In this document: piece by piece, positions 13,330 through 25,986 of the stretch
Layout: every line of letters begins with the position of its first letter
How positions within the stretch are numbered: the stretch's first letter is position 1
Source of the DNA: Octopus vulgaris
Taxonomy: Eukaryota
Direction: 5' to 3'
Length of the DNA: 64,000 nt
NCBI GenBank assembly: GCA_951406725.2
Contig: OX597824.1
Coordinates: 5,580,001 to 5,644,000 of the forward strand
Translations under genes and position numbers: made by a program
Notes under the pieces: model-generated
Database searches by the model: none
Told to the model about the DNA's origin: nothing
Seen by the model: the letters and a program-made list of their open reading frames with translations, nothing else

Positions 13330-13556
13330 CTATGACTAAGTATAGCTGTTCGAATAATCTTGATGGTACCATTAAAGCACACAAGTGCAAATGCTGCAAG
13401 TCCAAAAGCCAACCGAGCTGGCGCAATATTGGCATAGTCTGGTTTAATCCACCATGGAACGCCAATATTATTACGAAACTATCTAATAGGTGATTTGCTT
13501 CTTTAGAGAGAAAAAAGTCCCTATCCAATAAATATTCCCACATCTTTAATAAGTCG
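13330..13556 (+). pseudogene. Penelope-like element ORF relic (RT-endonuclease linker region)
   Basis: A single frame reads MTKYSCSNNLDGTIKAH..WRNIGIVWFNPPWNANIITKLSNR*FASLERKKSLSNKYSHIFNK, matching the PLE IWFNPP..F..IFN and SYSCxxN motifs. A SINE cuts it at 13558. Confidence 0.7.
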
Positions 13557-13557
13557 A

Positions 13558-13868
13558 GGCGCAATGGCCCAGTGGTTAAGGCAGTGGACTCGCGGTCGGA
13601 GGATCGCGGTTTCGATTCCCAGACCGGTTTTTGTGTGTGTTTATTTAGCGAAAAACACTTGAAGCTCCACGATGCTGCGGCATTGGCTGGTGGTGACCCT
13701 TGTTGTACTCTTTCGTCCCAACTTTCTCTTACTCTTTCTTCCTGTTTCTTGAGTAACGCTGCGATGGACTGGCGTCCCGTCCAGCTGGGAAAACACATAC
13801 GCCACAGAAACCGGGAAACCGGGCCCATGAGACTGGCTAGGCTTGAAAAGGTCATATAAATAAAATAA
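13558..13868 (+). mobile_element. tRNA-derived SINE family C (V/Meta-like 3' domain)
   Basis: Head ggcgcaatggcccagtggttaaggcag..ggtttcgattccc; 3' domain gcgatggactggcgtcccgtccag..cagaaaccggg; TSD acatctttaataa at 13540-13552 and 13869-13881. Confidence 0.9.
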
Positions 13869-15426
13869 ACATCTTTAATAAATGTAAGATAAGAATTACA
13901 TTTTTCATCGTTACTTAATCTAGGTATCCGTTCCACTCCTTACAAATTCACGAAGTGATTATATAATCAATTTTCCTCTTTCAGTTATCGTAGTAGGGGC
14001 TAAGGTTACATCACTCTCAGAAAAAATATGGAAATTAAATTAAATTACAAATTATCTGGAGCGCAATAAATCATGCATTATCCTACACAAACAATACGTA
14101 CGAGTGTACCCTATTCCTGAGCTGAATTATAAGTTTAATGTACGTTGGGTAAAACGCATTTGAATCTTTAAACCAGTTACCTCAAATAATACTTCTCGGC
14201 TTCTATTTTGCAAACTCATCAACATAGTTAAGTACATCATTTAAATCTTTCAGTATTGTTTGAATCGTATGTTACATAATGCATTCGGCCTCCTGATTAC
14301 TCATTCTCATATTTTTTGGAACCTGTATATTTTATGAATAATGAAATATTTGATTATCTGCTGTGTGAGCTCCGAGCTCTCTATTATTCGCCCACGACTT
14401 CTTATACATAATGCTTATATTTCTTTATTTTTATACCCTTTGGTTTCTATCTCTATACTTACACAAGTATATAAATGTTTGGCTCTGTGTGAGGGTATAT
14501 ATATATATATATATATATGCGTGTATACAAGGGCCTGTATATGTGTTCGCGCATTTGTATACATGTGTGCATGTATGTATATATATGTATATATGTGTGT
14601 AAGCGTATGTGTGCATATATGCATGTACATATATATGTATGTATATATGTATGTGTGTAAGTGTGTGTGTACATATAAAAAAATATATATATTGCGTGTA
14701 CGTTTGTAAACATACATATTTGTGTGTATGTGTATGTATGTGTATATACATATATTTGTTAATATGTGTGTATGTATATATGTGAATGTGTCTATATATA
14801 TATATAGACATGCGTATAAGTGTGTATGAGTGCATGTGTCTCAGCGTGTGTGCGTGTACGAGCGTGAAAAGCACTTAAAGTTTTATGAGTTTCTGCTGCC
14901 CTGAGGTCTGCTTCCTTTTATGTCACTTAACCGACAAGGTGTCATCCTAGTCTTAATGACTCACCTGTCCTGGCTACAGCTTGTCTACGTTCCTTGCATT
15001 TCTTCATAACAAAATATCGCTATCAACTAATTAAGATAATTGTTTGAAATAATAGATTCGTTTGATCTCCTTGCCTCTCGCATGCCCATTAAATTTCTAA
15101 TATCTCTATTCATGCGAATGCTCTTTTCTAAACTACCACTTATCCAATATGTTATTGGATATGTCATCATCAAGGTTTTTACTTCATCTCTTTATGCTTT
15201 ATGAAAAAGCAATGTTTTGGACTTACGACACATAGTGATATCGAACGCTGCAAATAGCAAATAACGAGACAAGAAAAAGACGCACACGGAATATTAGCTT
15301 GACGTTCAGTAAAGGTGACAAAAAAAAAAGAGCGGGTTTTTACGATTCTTCGTCAGAGAGAGAGGAGAAAGAAAAGGTCCGAAAAAGTCCTGAAAAAGCA
15401 CGTGTTTCGTTACATGGTTATGTATA

Positions 15427-15833
15427 TTCTACAGAAAATAAAGGAATTTTCGAAAACAGGATGACTGTAAATGCATCCTGAAAATCGGGGGATACTTCTT
15501 TAGAAGACGTAAAATTGGAACAAGTGACCAGAAATTTCCTACAGAGAATCGAACGTGTACCTCTTTAATTCTGGCTATCGCGCTTTATTATGAGCTAAAG
15601 AGGTCTCTGACAACACTTATCTTCTTTGTATAATGCTACATAGTAGCTTTTCTGAATGTGAGCATATTTTGTAAAGCAACTAATAAGCGCTGAGTTAATC
15701 CGTCTTCTAGGGTTCGATTCTCTGTAGAGTCTTGCTGGCCGTTTTTTCCCCCTCTTCTAAGTGTTTTCCACCCGATTTTCTAAGGTCGCTTCACGGCCTT
15801 CCTGCGTTCCAGAATTCCTTTATTGTCTGTAGA
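15427..15833. repeat. Old diverged foldback element with tRNA-box-like arms
   Basis: Nested complementary blocks: ttctacagaaaataaaggaatt / aattcctttattgtctgtagaa, gaaaatcggg / cccgattttc, and ctacagagaatcgaac / gttcgattctctgtag. Confidence 0.65.
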
Positions 15834-16219
15834 AAAATAAAGCACTCGCGACATGTCTCAACTTCTGAAAATCAGAGAAACATGTGAAACCGAATTCTCT
15901 AATTTAAATCTTAAAATTCAGAAACAAAATATCTAAAGGTAACCCAATGCATTTTGAATTCATTTTTTCTGTATCTCTACTCGTGTGGAATAAAATAATT
16001 TTCTTTCGTACACGCATACATACATATGTACATACATACATACATGCGTACGTGTGTGTGCGCGTGATTGTGTATGTGTGTGTTATTTTATTTCACTCGA
16101 GCAGAGATATCGAAGAAGAGATGAAGATGCACTGGGATTCGTTTAGATTTTATACACCCCCCCACCGCACACACACATAGATAAGTAGAGGAAAAGAAAT
16201 TGTGTTGTAGTGAAATTAT

Positions 16220-16514
16220 GGAATCTTTACCTTTTGACTGACAGATTTAAAAAATAATTTTTGTAACTAAACACTTTCAAACTTCGTATACTGGTAGAAT
16301 GTGTCATCTTTTACTCTTGGCGTTGTTGAGAAAATTCTGTATTTTGGAAGTTATTTTTTGTTAAAGTGGCCGTATATCGGTAATTTCAACCAATCAATGA
16401 CGTGTATTCAGCTGAATAAATTTACTGTGACACATTCTACCAGTATACGAAGTTTGAAAGTGTTTAGTTACAAAGATTTATTTTTTAAATCTGTCGGTCA
16501 AAAGGTAAAGATCC
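16220..16514. mobile_element. MITE-like element with ~85-bp inverted repeats
   Basis: Arms 16223-16306 / 16428-16512 (atctttaccttttgac..ctggtagaatgtgtca). Confidence 0.8.
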
Positions 16515-16905
16515 AAGTTATGCTTTATGAGCCTGAATTCTGCAGGTGGCGTATGGTATGTGATCCCATCGATGGATGAATTCTGAATCTTACGTTAAGG
16601 TCGTCTGGGCGATTCTGGTTGTACATTCTCACCATTGTGCAAATAATGCAACGCTTTCCGTAATAGAAGCAATGAAAATTCCAGTCTCGGATCCTTTCTC
16701 TACAGCGCGGGCGGAGTCTGGATTCATTTGTGCTTCTATTACTGGTTTCATATTCTGTTGAACTACTTCTAAAAATATAATTGATGTCCGAGACGCCAGA
16801 AATTGATGTCGGACTTGTAACACCATAATTCTCCACTTCAATTTCCTCTGTCAATTGTACTCCGTGTAAGTTTGCCCTGTTAATATATAAAAATAACTAT
16901 ATATA

Positions 16906-17875
16906 TTGGATCATCTCATAAATAATGCGGTTTTTTATACTTGTTTTATTTTTCAAAAGTAAGATAAACAAAGTTCTTTTTTAATCTAAAATATGGTCTC
17001 CTTCATTTTCTGCAATTTTCTACATCTTCTAGACTTGCAAGGCCCCTCTTCCAAAGATCACTTGTCCGTGACGAAATCTACTCCTCCAATACTATTCTGA
17101 CCTCGTCTACAGAATTCATATTTTTTCCGGCCAAATGATTTTGAAGACTGTGGAATAAATAATAATCAGTTGGGGCATTGTCCGGCGAATATGGTGGGTG
17201 GGGCATCGTTTCCCATTCAAACTGCCCCAGCCTTTGGAATGTCATCCTGGCTGTATGTAGCCGGGCATTATCCGGATCGAAGAATACCTTTCGCCTTGAA
17301 AGCAAAGATGGTCGTTTTACTTCTGTCGCAGACTTAAGCTGCCCAACTGCTCGCAGTAGATCTCCTTTGCTATCGTTTGGTTTGGGTTTAAAAGTTCAAA
17401 GCGGACTAAACCTTTCACATCCCACCAAACAGGTAACAACACCTTACGTTGGTGAAGAAATTCTTTAGCCTGGAGTGTCCGTGTTTCTCCTTTCTTTAAC
17501 CAGTCTTCTCGTCACCACCCACTCTTCGGTCCAAAACAAAAAAATGGTTCATTCATGAGACGTGACTGCAAAGAAGAGTAGACATTCATTCTCTACTCGC
17601 GATTAGACTCGGCAAGTTTGTAAGCAACACATTGACCCAATTTGCTGACTTTTCCGATGGTACGTAGGTATCGGTGAATGGTTGAATGACCAAAACAAAG
17701 CTCCTCTGCTAGTTCCTCAACAGTCACAATGAAATTTTTGTCCACCAGGGTTTACAGGTAGTCCTCGTTGAGCTCTACAGATCTTCCAGGATGAGGCTCG
17801 TCTTCTATGTTGTAGTTTCCGGCTTGGAATTTCTGGAAATACCAGTGACACTGGCTTACACTTATTATCCGATCA
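16906..17875 (-). mobile_element. Decayed mariner transposon (transposase body plus right TIR)
   Basis: ORF 17078-17305 reads DNARLH..PHPPYSPDNAPTDYYLF (the YSPDLAPxD motif). Upstream is QKFQAGNYNIEDEPHPGR, and a TIR-like end follows TA at ~16906. Confidence 0.85.
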
Positions 17876-17879
17876 CTAG

Positions 17880-18320
17880 CAAGTTGATGCAGGTAGTTTA
17901 TCCCGTTCCCCTCTGACTTTTAGTTCATGCAATTTAAAAAAAAACCTGTATTAGCTTTGGGATGATCCATCATAATTTCGGCCTACCCCTTGGTTTATTT
18001 TCGAGACTATCATCTCCTGAACGAAAGCTTTGAAACCAATTCTGGATAGTTCTGTTGTCAACAAAGCCATTACCAAAGGCCCGCTTGATATTCCGTAGAG
18101 CTTCTTCCCCCAGAGTGACCCAGTTTGTACTCATACGAGAAAATCACTCAACATAGTTTGGTTGTTATCATCTTCATAAGGTATGTGGTTACGAAGTTTG
18201 TATATCAATGCTGTTGGGAAAAAAGAGTCAAGATTAAATGCAAGGTATACATAATTGAGTTTTTAATTGACTGAAATAACAAGTAATTAAAAATGCAACA
18301 TTTCACGTGAAACAACCTAA
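17880..18320 (-). mobile_element. Second mariner, 5' TIR and N-terminal HTH region
   Basis: Minus strand gives VIFSYEYKLGHS..EALRNIKRAFG..NRTIQNWFQSFRSGDDSLENKPRGRP. The end ta-ttaggttg is a typical mariner TIR. Confidence 0.75.
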
Positions 18321-18819
18321 TAAAATCGATTTTCATATTTCTATATCTAAACTAATATTTCCTTGAAACGTATCATTGATTAGCATAATGAGTGAGAGTG
18401 AGGACAGTTTTACTGTCGAATGATGATAGAACGATTTCAGTAAATAACACAAAATAAATATCAAGACTTTTTGAAAACTTGTTTTGTTGAAAGTAGGTTT
18501 ATTCCTTAAGGGGAGCATGTATTTATGCGCTAGCAAACTGTGAAGATTTTTCTGTCTGCAAGCAAGTATATGCGACAAAATAAGCTCGAGGCGAACCAAT
18601 CGCGTGACTCGAATTACGATTATTGATACTTCGCTTCCCTTGAATTACAAATAGCATTTAAAAAGCAACGATATCACTTTATGCTAAAGTTCTTCCCACC
18701 AACACCACCACCACCACATCCACCTCATAGAAAAATAATAATTTGTGTGGAATTTACCAATCTATGAATTTTCGCAGATCAAATAACTGAAGTAACATTA
18801 TGAAAAAGTAGTTTATCTC

Positions 18820-19246
18820 TTACTTGTTTCACTGTGGCCATGCTGGATGGTTTTAGGGGAATATAGCGACCCCAATACATATTTATAATCGGGAACTAAT
18901 TCTATCGGTCACGTTTGTCAAACAGCTAAGTTATAGTCGATGAAATACTCCCCCCCCAGTACATAACTGGTACTTAATTTAGCCTTGAATAGTTTTACTG
19001 GAATGAAGCGACCCCAATACTTATATATAATCAGGAACTAATTCTATCGGTCACGCTTGTCAAACAGCTAAGTTACAGTAGATGAAATGCCTTTCCCCAG
19101 TACGTAACTGGTACTTAATTTAGCCACTCCGAAAGGATGAAAGGCAAAATCAACCTCGGCGGAATTTGAACTCAGACTGTAAAAACAGATGAAATTCCGC
19201 TAAGCATTTCGCCTGGGTGCTAACGTTTCTGCCGGCTTGCCGCCTT
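18820..19246 (-). mobile_element. Nested SINE debris: family A tail plus family B head, with a local tandem duplication
   Basis: The family B head ends at cgcctt 19246. Segment 18866-18984 is repeated at 19007-19124. Confidence 0.7.
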
Positions 19247-19296
19247 ACGGCGTGTAAATATTGGATTAAAAGGCAATTTGGATAGGAAAAATCCAA

Positions 19297-19366
19297 GGCT
19301 GCTATGGGACTCGAACCCATATCTCCTGTATACTTAGCAGGCGCTTTACCATTGGAACAAAGTAAC
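19297..19366 (-). pseudogene. tRNA-like relic (tRNA-derived repeat head)
   Basis: Minus strand tggtaaagcgcctg..atgggttcgagtcccat has a perfect T-arm and box A/B, but a poor acceptor stem. Confidence 0.5.
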
Positions 19367-19908
19367 GATTCGAATTTCTTTATCCACTTTAAAGACTTTA
19401 TTCATGTTAGCGAGAACTGTATGTTTTGGAAGACACAAAGGAACTTGAAATACGGAATATAAATATTTATGCAGAATTATTAATGCATTAAGCGATACAT
19501 AATACAGACACTGTTTCTTTGAATATGGAGTGACTTATGAATTAAACAGGCTCGTAAATTATTGAATGCCGGTAAGGATGAAGACGTTCGTGTCAATTCC
19601 GACGTTGGTGCGAAGTTTATATTAATCATCAATATATTTGATTCTGAGAAGGAGCTTCCGCAGCTGTAAGTTGGCACCATGCAGCAGTATAGAAAGCAGA
19701 AGAAACGCTGCTGAGTTTACGAGCGTATTTCTTTAATTTACGGTGGTAGAATTAACCTTTGAGAAGAGGAAAGAATGATGTAGTACCCAGATTATCTAAA
19801 AGAAAGAACGAAACATATTCAACAAATTTCTTCAAGGATAATTACATTTCGGAAAATTACTATTTTAAAATATCACAACGAGAGATATTCAGCAACAGTA
19901 CTTTGGAG

Positions 19909-20202
19909 TAAAGGTTGTTTGCCAACATAACATGGCGGTCCTGGTTTAGGACGAATGTTGCTGTAATTTAGCCCCAGGAGACATCGTCTCCAGCTGGCTA
20001 TACGACACGATCTGTGTCCTTATATTTTTCGAACAAGGGAATTTGTTTTGAGTTGAGTGGGGTGCTAGATTACCTTGTTCGAAAAATGTAAGGACACAGA
20101 TTGTGTCGTATAACCAGCTGGACACGATGTCTCCTGGGGCTAAATTACAGCAACATTTGTCCTAAACCAGGATTGCCATTTTATACTGGCAAACAACCTT
20201 TA
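19909..20202. mobile_element. Foldback element, ~130-bp arms
   Basis: Arms 19909-20038 / 20073-20202 with a 34-nt spacer and few mismatches. Confidence 0.85.
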
Positions 20203-20944
20203 AACCTAATTACTTTCCATCTATTATAACTACTTCGCTTCATAAGGTATTTAATTAATATATCTCAGATTATATCATGCTGATGATTTCTAAGATAACT
20301 GAAATAGTGCTATGCATGATTATTACTGATTAGAAATATTGAGGAGAATATAATAACAAAAAGAAAAAGATAAAGGGATTTCTAATGTCTTTACTCTATG
20401 CGTCGCCTTTTCTTACTCCACAATTTCCAATACAAAATTCTAATCTCACCAAAAGTTTCGAAAAATACCTGCTTCGTATTAACTGTTCAGAAGGTGACAA
20501 CACTTCTCTGTATATTGTAGCCATCGATATCTAAATTAGAATTTAGTCATCGATTTTGACTTTGAATTATCGAAGAGCGTGCAGGGTCTCTTGACTGAGG
20601 GCGCTTCACCCCAAGCTGCATTTTCTTTCACCACACTGCCCTTAGTTTTATCTTCTCTACTCCTCTCTCTCTCTCTCTCCCAGCTTATTTTATTCTACCT
20701 TTATTTATTTGACCTATATCAAATAAATCATTCTCTTTCTCTCTGACTTTCACTTCTTCTTTTCATCGTCTCTCCCTCCTGCTTAGGTCATAAATATCCT
20801 CCTTCTCCCTAACCTTTGTTCTTTTTCTATCTCCTCTTTCCCTTCAACCGTTTCAATCTCTGGTACAAATATATGAACCATTTCTGCCAATCTTCTCTTG
20901 ATGAGGAGAGCCTAACATATTGCAGTATTTTTCATACATATATG

Positions 20945-21042
<98 letters not shown>

Positions 21043-21047
21043 GATAG

Positions 21048-21276
21048 ATAGGCTTCCACATAGTTTCCATCTACTAAATCGTTCATAAAGTATTTGTCAA
21101 CCCGGCGATAGAAGATGAGACACTTGCTCCAAGTGCTGCGCAGGAGGATTGAACCAGAATCCTCGTGTTTACAAAGCGAGCTTCTTCACCACTTTTTTGA
21201 CTTGCCCCTTCATTCTCTCGTTTTTACTCTATACACCCACATGTACACACGCACATACACAGATACACACACATGC

Positions 21277-21320
<44 letters not shown>

Positions 21321-21455
21321 ATACGACGAGCTTCTTTCCGTTTTCGTTTACCAAATCCGGAGCTGTAGTAGCAGACACCTTTCTAAGATGCTGCAAAGTG
21401 GAACCGAACTTGGAGCAATGTGGTTGGGTCTAAAACTTCTTACCACACAACCACA
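21048..21455 (-). mobile_element. Two degenerate family A SINE 5' halves
   Basis: Pieces gtttcc.tctac.aaatc..gacacttg..caag and gaac..accacaca match the family A head on the minus strand at ~21048-21195 and ~21323-21455. Confidence 0.55.
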
Positions 21456-22325
21456 GACGAACACATGCATATATAACGAGCAAGTGAGAGAGAGAGAGAG
21501 AGAGAAAGAGAAAGAGGGAGGGAGAAAGGGGGAGGAAGAGGGAGAGAGAGATTTATACAGATTTGAATAACGTGTTTTGTCGTAATGAGCTTATTCTGTG
21601 TATTGAGATCAAACCCGGCCAAAGAGAATACACAGTGCGTTGATGTAGCATAGATGGAACAAGTAGATTGAAATTCAGAGAAACAGATTTTGTAGCAGCT
21701 GTGAGATGGCTATTGGCAGTCATTTTATTTCTAACTTCGCAACTTATTCGTCTATATGCAATTGCTTCTGCTGCATACAGTGAGGCGTCTAATCTCGATT
21801 ATATTGGTACCATATTCCAAAATATAATACAAATGTGGCAAGTGCTGTCGGCAGATGACAAATTGTTCTCTACAGAGATATGAGCGTTGATTAAAAATTG
21901 TGAATTTTATAGAGACATTCACGTGTTGGCTGCTAATGGAATACAGAGCAAGACTTGGGAATGAATGTAGCAACAGTGCGAAAAATTATAAGAAATGTGT
22001 GGTTATAAAGAAAGCGGTAAACTACGTGAACTTCAGTTATGCAAACTTCATGAACATAGAAGCAGTATTATTCTTGAAATGAGAAGACTCTTTGTCTCTG
22101 CGTTGAAATGTTTGAATCACAAAACAAATTCTGTACGGCAATATTATTACTAAAATGATAAGATTTAAGCATCTGTGAAATTATAGAATACTTAACAAAT
22201 GAAAATAACTTAATAGTCTAAAGAAGGAACTGAACAAATGTTTACGAGAATTGTCTTAATTCAAACCACAAACATGAATTAACATTGTTCGTATAAAGGA
22301 GGAGGTTATAGGTACAGACAGGTGT

Positions 22326-22716
22326 GGCGCAGGAGTGGCTGTGTGGTAGTAGCTTGCTAACCAACCACATCGTTCCGGGTGGCATCTTGGGCAAGTGTCT
22401 TCTGCTATAGCCCCGGACCGACCAATGCCTTGTGAGTGGATTTGATAGACGGAAACTGAAAGAAGCCTGTCGTATATATGTATATGTATATAGGTGTGTG
22501 TGTGTGTGTGTGTGTTTTGTCTCCCTAGCATTGCTTGACAACCGATGCTGGTGTGTTTACGTCCCCGTCACTTAGCGGTTCGGCAAAAGAGACCGATAGA
22601 ATAAGTACTGGGCTTACAAATAATAAGTCTCGGGGTCGATTTGATTGACTAAAGGCGGTTCTCCAGCATGGCCACATTCAAATGACTGAAACAAGTAAAA
22701 GAGTAAAAGAGAGTAA
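22326..22716 (+). mobile_element. tRNA-derived SINE family A (CORE-like cttgggcaagtg block, internal microsatellite, gtaaaaga tail)
   Basis: ggcgcaggagtggctgtgtggta..cttgggcaagtgtctt..(TG)n..ccagcatggcc..aaatgactgaaacaagtaaaagagtaaaagag. Confidence 0.9.
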
Positions 22717-23167
22717 GACAAAAATGCATTAAAGAAATACTTTTGAATGGTATTGAGAAGAATTAAGCGGTCACGACTGTCTTAATATATATTGTATCAA
22801 AAGGTGCAAACGCAGAAATGGACAATGAATAAGTCAATAAAAATCAATGACATTTCAAGGAAATTACCGTAAAAAAAATGTAATACGATGTTTCGTGAAT
22901 TTGAAATGACCAAGAAATTAATAATGAATAGAGAATTTGACATCGAATAATTCACGCGGAGATTTATTATATATAATGTAGTTATTCCAAAAGTTAGTTA
23001 TGTATTATTTCAATTCTGACTTTTTAATTTGCTCTTATACATTGTATAAGTGTTATAAGTATGACTTCAAAATTTTTGATTGAGTTCCTTGATAAATCTT
23101 TTGCACTTGACGAAACTTTTCGTTCTAGTTGCAATTTGGCTATTGTAATTTATATTTCATACGCCAT

Positions 23168-23228
23168 GATGCAACTCCGAGTTTCGGATGTCGGGGCGCA
23201 AACCCACGCCGCCATCTCTTCAGTTATC
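23168..23228 (-). ncRNA. Hammerhead-like motif, paralog of 9706-9768
   Basis: Minus strand GAUAA-CUGAAGA-GAUG..CAUC-C-GAAA-C-UCGGA-GUU-GCAUC. The core is intact but stem I is partly broken. Flanks are homologous to 9712-9850. Confidence 0.55.
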
Positions 23229-24654
23229 CGGCTATCGAAAAAAATGCTATGAAAATGACCGTTATACAAAGGGATATTACTGTGTGATTGACAGTTATTA
23301 AGACAAAAGAGCTATTAGAATGACCGCTAAGTGAGGGGAGTGAGTAAGGTAAGGGGGGAAAAATTTTCATAGTATTCGCGTAAGCCCGTCTGTCCATACA
23401 TACACATGCGCGTCCGCACACCCTTGTACATGCACCGAAAAGTATATACTCATCCACTCTCATTTGAAACACACACATGCTTACCCACACATTCGCCAAA
23501 AAATATATACATATCCACATACACACTCGCACACACACACACGCACACAAAAAATGGTTCTTGCACACGTCTATATACGCACATGGACAAGAAAAAAAAA
23601 ACAGGGCTAAAAGCAAAATACAGAAAAATGTGTAAAAAAAGTGTAAAAAAATAAGCAATAAGAGTAAAACACATCTATATACGCGAATACCCGCACACGT
23701 ATATATACGCACACACATGCACACGCACAAGAAAGGTTCATACACACGCCTATATACGCACATGCACACGAAATATAAAAAGATGAGAAGATAAGACGAT
23801 ATACATTCACACAGACGTACACACTCACATACACACATGCACACACATATATACACACAACCACACACAAACACAAACACACACTCACAAGAATACTATA
23901 CATGCATGTGTATGTGCAATTGTCTTTAGAATTAATGAGAAAAGAAAATAGAAATAGTTGAAGTTAAATTAAAATTCCCTTTTCTCGAAGTATAAAACTG
24001 GAGGATACAAGAAACGTATGTATTTGTAAGATGTGGGTAACAAAACAATGGTATTGTAAAGAGAGTTATTCTGGTTTGATACACAAAATGTGTTATTGCA
24101 TAGGATTCAATAAGGTGTGAAACTGAAAGAGTAAATATATGCGTCATATTCAGAACACCGTATATGTTGGCTGAAGGTTCGCACTTCCTAGGTAATCACT
24201 TCGTCTATGTATCTACGCCGTACCTAACTCTTATTTAAATTATTCCGTCTATCTAATGAAAACTCTACCAAAACCTATACAAATAACCAAAGTAATTCAC
24301 AGTCTGGTGACTGTGAATAAGTCGATAGATTAATGAGTATGTAATCTCCGAAAATACATTGTGTAATCCTTTAATTTCATGTTAGATTGCTCTCATCTAT
24401 AACTTCACATATAGGCAAACATTATTCTATGTGTATATGTTTATATATACATTCATACATACACGGACATGTATATCTACACGCACATACATATATACAT
24501 ACACACCTATATATATACATATACATACACACTCATATACATAGATAAATACATACATACTAACTTCAACTTATTTCTAATTTCTTCTTTCATTAATTCT
24601 AATGACAATTGCACGCACATATACATGCATATATATGTATTCTTGCGTGTGTGT

Positions 24655-25132
24655 GTGTGGATGCGTGGTTCTATCACTATGATCCAGAGACCAAAGCCCA
24701 GTCAATGCAGTGGAAGAACCGTGACTCACCTCCTCCAAAGAAGGCAAGGGTGCAGCCCTCCGCTGGCAAGGTCATGCTCACAGTCTTCTGGGACCAGGAC
24801 GGAGTAGTGATGACAGATTTCCTGGCAAAGGGTACCACAATTACAGGAGCCTATTATGCTTCACTTTTGAGGAAATTAAGAGAAGCTATCAAAATCAAGA
24901 GCGGGGCAAGATCAGCAAAGGCATCCTCCTCCTGCAGGACAACGCTCCGGTCCACAACTCGCGTGTCGCCAGATCAGAAGCACAGGCGTGAGGCTATGAA
25001 CTCCTCCCCCATCCTCCTTGCACCCTCTGATTTTCACCTCTTCCCAGCCATGAAGTTGTTTTTGAAAGGAAAGCGTTTCCCAGATGATGCAGCCTTGATT
25101 TCTGAAGTCACGTCGTGGTTGGAGGACCAAGC
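24655..25132 (+). mobile_element. Mariner transposase fragment, frameshifted, running into an assembly gap
   Basis: WFYHYDPETKAQSMQW..SAGKVMLTVFWD..TITGAYY; then, in a shifted frame, LLQDNAPVH; then LAPSDFHLF. Confidence 0.9.
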
Positions 25133-25232
25133 NNNNNNNNNNNNNNNNNNNNNNNNNNNNNNNNNNNNNNNNNNNNNNNNNNNNNNNNNNNNNNNNNNNN
25201 NNNNNNNNNNNNNNNNNNNNNNNNNNNNNNNN
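25133..25232. other. Assembly gap (100 N)
   Basis: Run of n characters. Confidence 1.
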
Positions 25233-25396
25233 AAATTTCTTACCACATTTATGTATGCGCTTATCGGACACACAGACATATGCATACGTGTGAGTGTTTT
25301 TGCGCGTGCGCATGTTTGTGTACCTCTTTTAATTTACTTAAGATACCCTGAGGCTGTTGTAATACTGTTGTATTATAAAAGCATACGCTTATGTGC

Positions 25397-25451
<55 letters not shown>

Positions 25452-25579
25452 AAGCTTTATGAAAATAAACAAAAGACGAAGGCAGGTGGAAAACAAACAA
25501 ACAATTGTATTAGTATGGCGCTCAGGAAATATAAATAAAACAAGTCTTTAACGTTATATACATATATATATGTATATAT

Positions 25580-25923
25580 AATTTAAATAATGAGGGAGAT
25601 AAATTGAATATTAATTTAATTAATATCAATTTAAAACCAGTAGCCTAGCATACAAAAATCTGAAAAATCAGAGAAAATTCTAATACATGTGTATATTTGA
25701 AGAGCAATACCACTAGGTGGTCGGCCGTATGCTAGAAGTAGATCACCTACGATCAAACTACAAAGAAAGGAATGTTCTCTAGAGGAAAATTCATCTCTAT
25801 TGCCCGCATTTCGTTCTGGTGTCCGCTGAATTTTCCTCTAGAGAACATTCCTTTCTTTGTAGTTTGATCGTAGGTGATCTACTTCTAGCATACGGCCGAC
25901 CACCTAGTGGTATTGCCCTTCAA

Positions 25924-25930
<7 letters not shown>
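25580..25930. mobile_element. Foldback element in (TA)n with a one-sided tail
   Basis: Arms 25690-25793 / 25827-25930. The tail 25580-25689 is homologous, in reverse orientation, to 63440-63545. Confidence 0.85.

Positions 25931-25986
<56 letters not shown>

Noticed and set aside
13491-13493. In-frame TGA in the PLE relic as possible selenocysteine
   Set aside because: The position does not correspond to an expected Cys, no SECIS is visible and the element is decayed; an ordinary nonsense mutation is more likely.
13558-13630. SINE heads as functional tRNA genes
   Set aside because: They continue into SINE bodies with TSDs and lack a proper acceptor stem and terminator.
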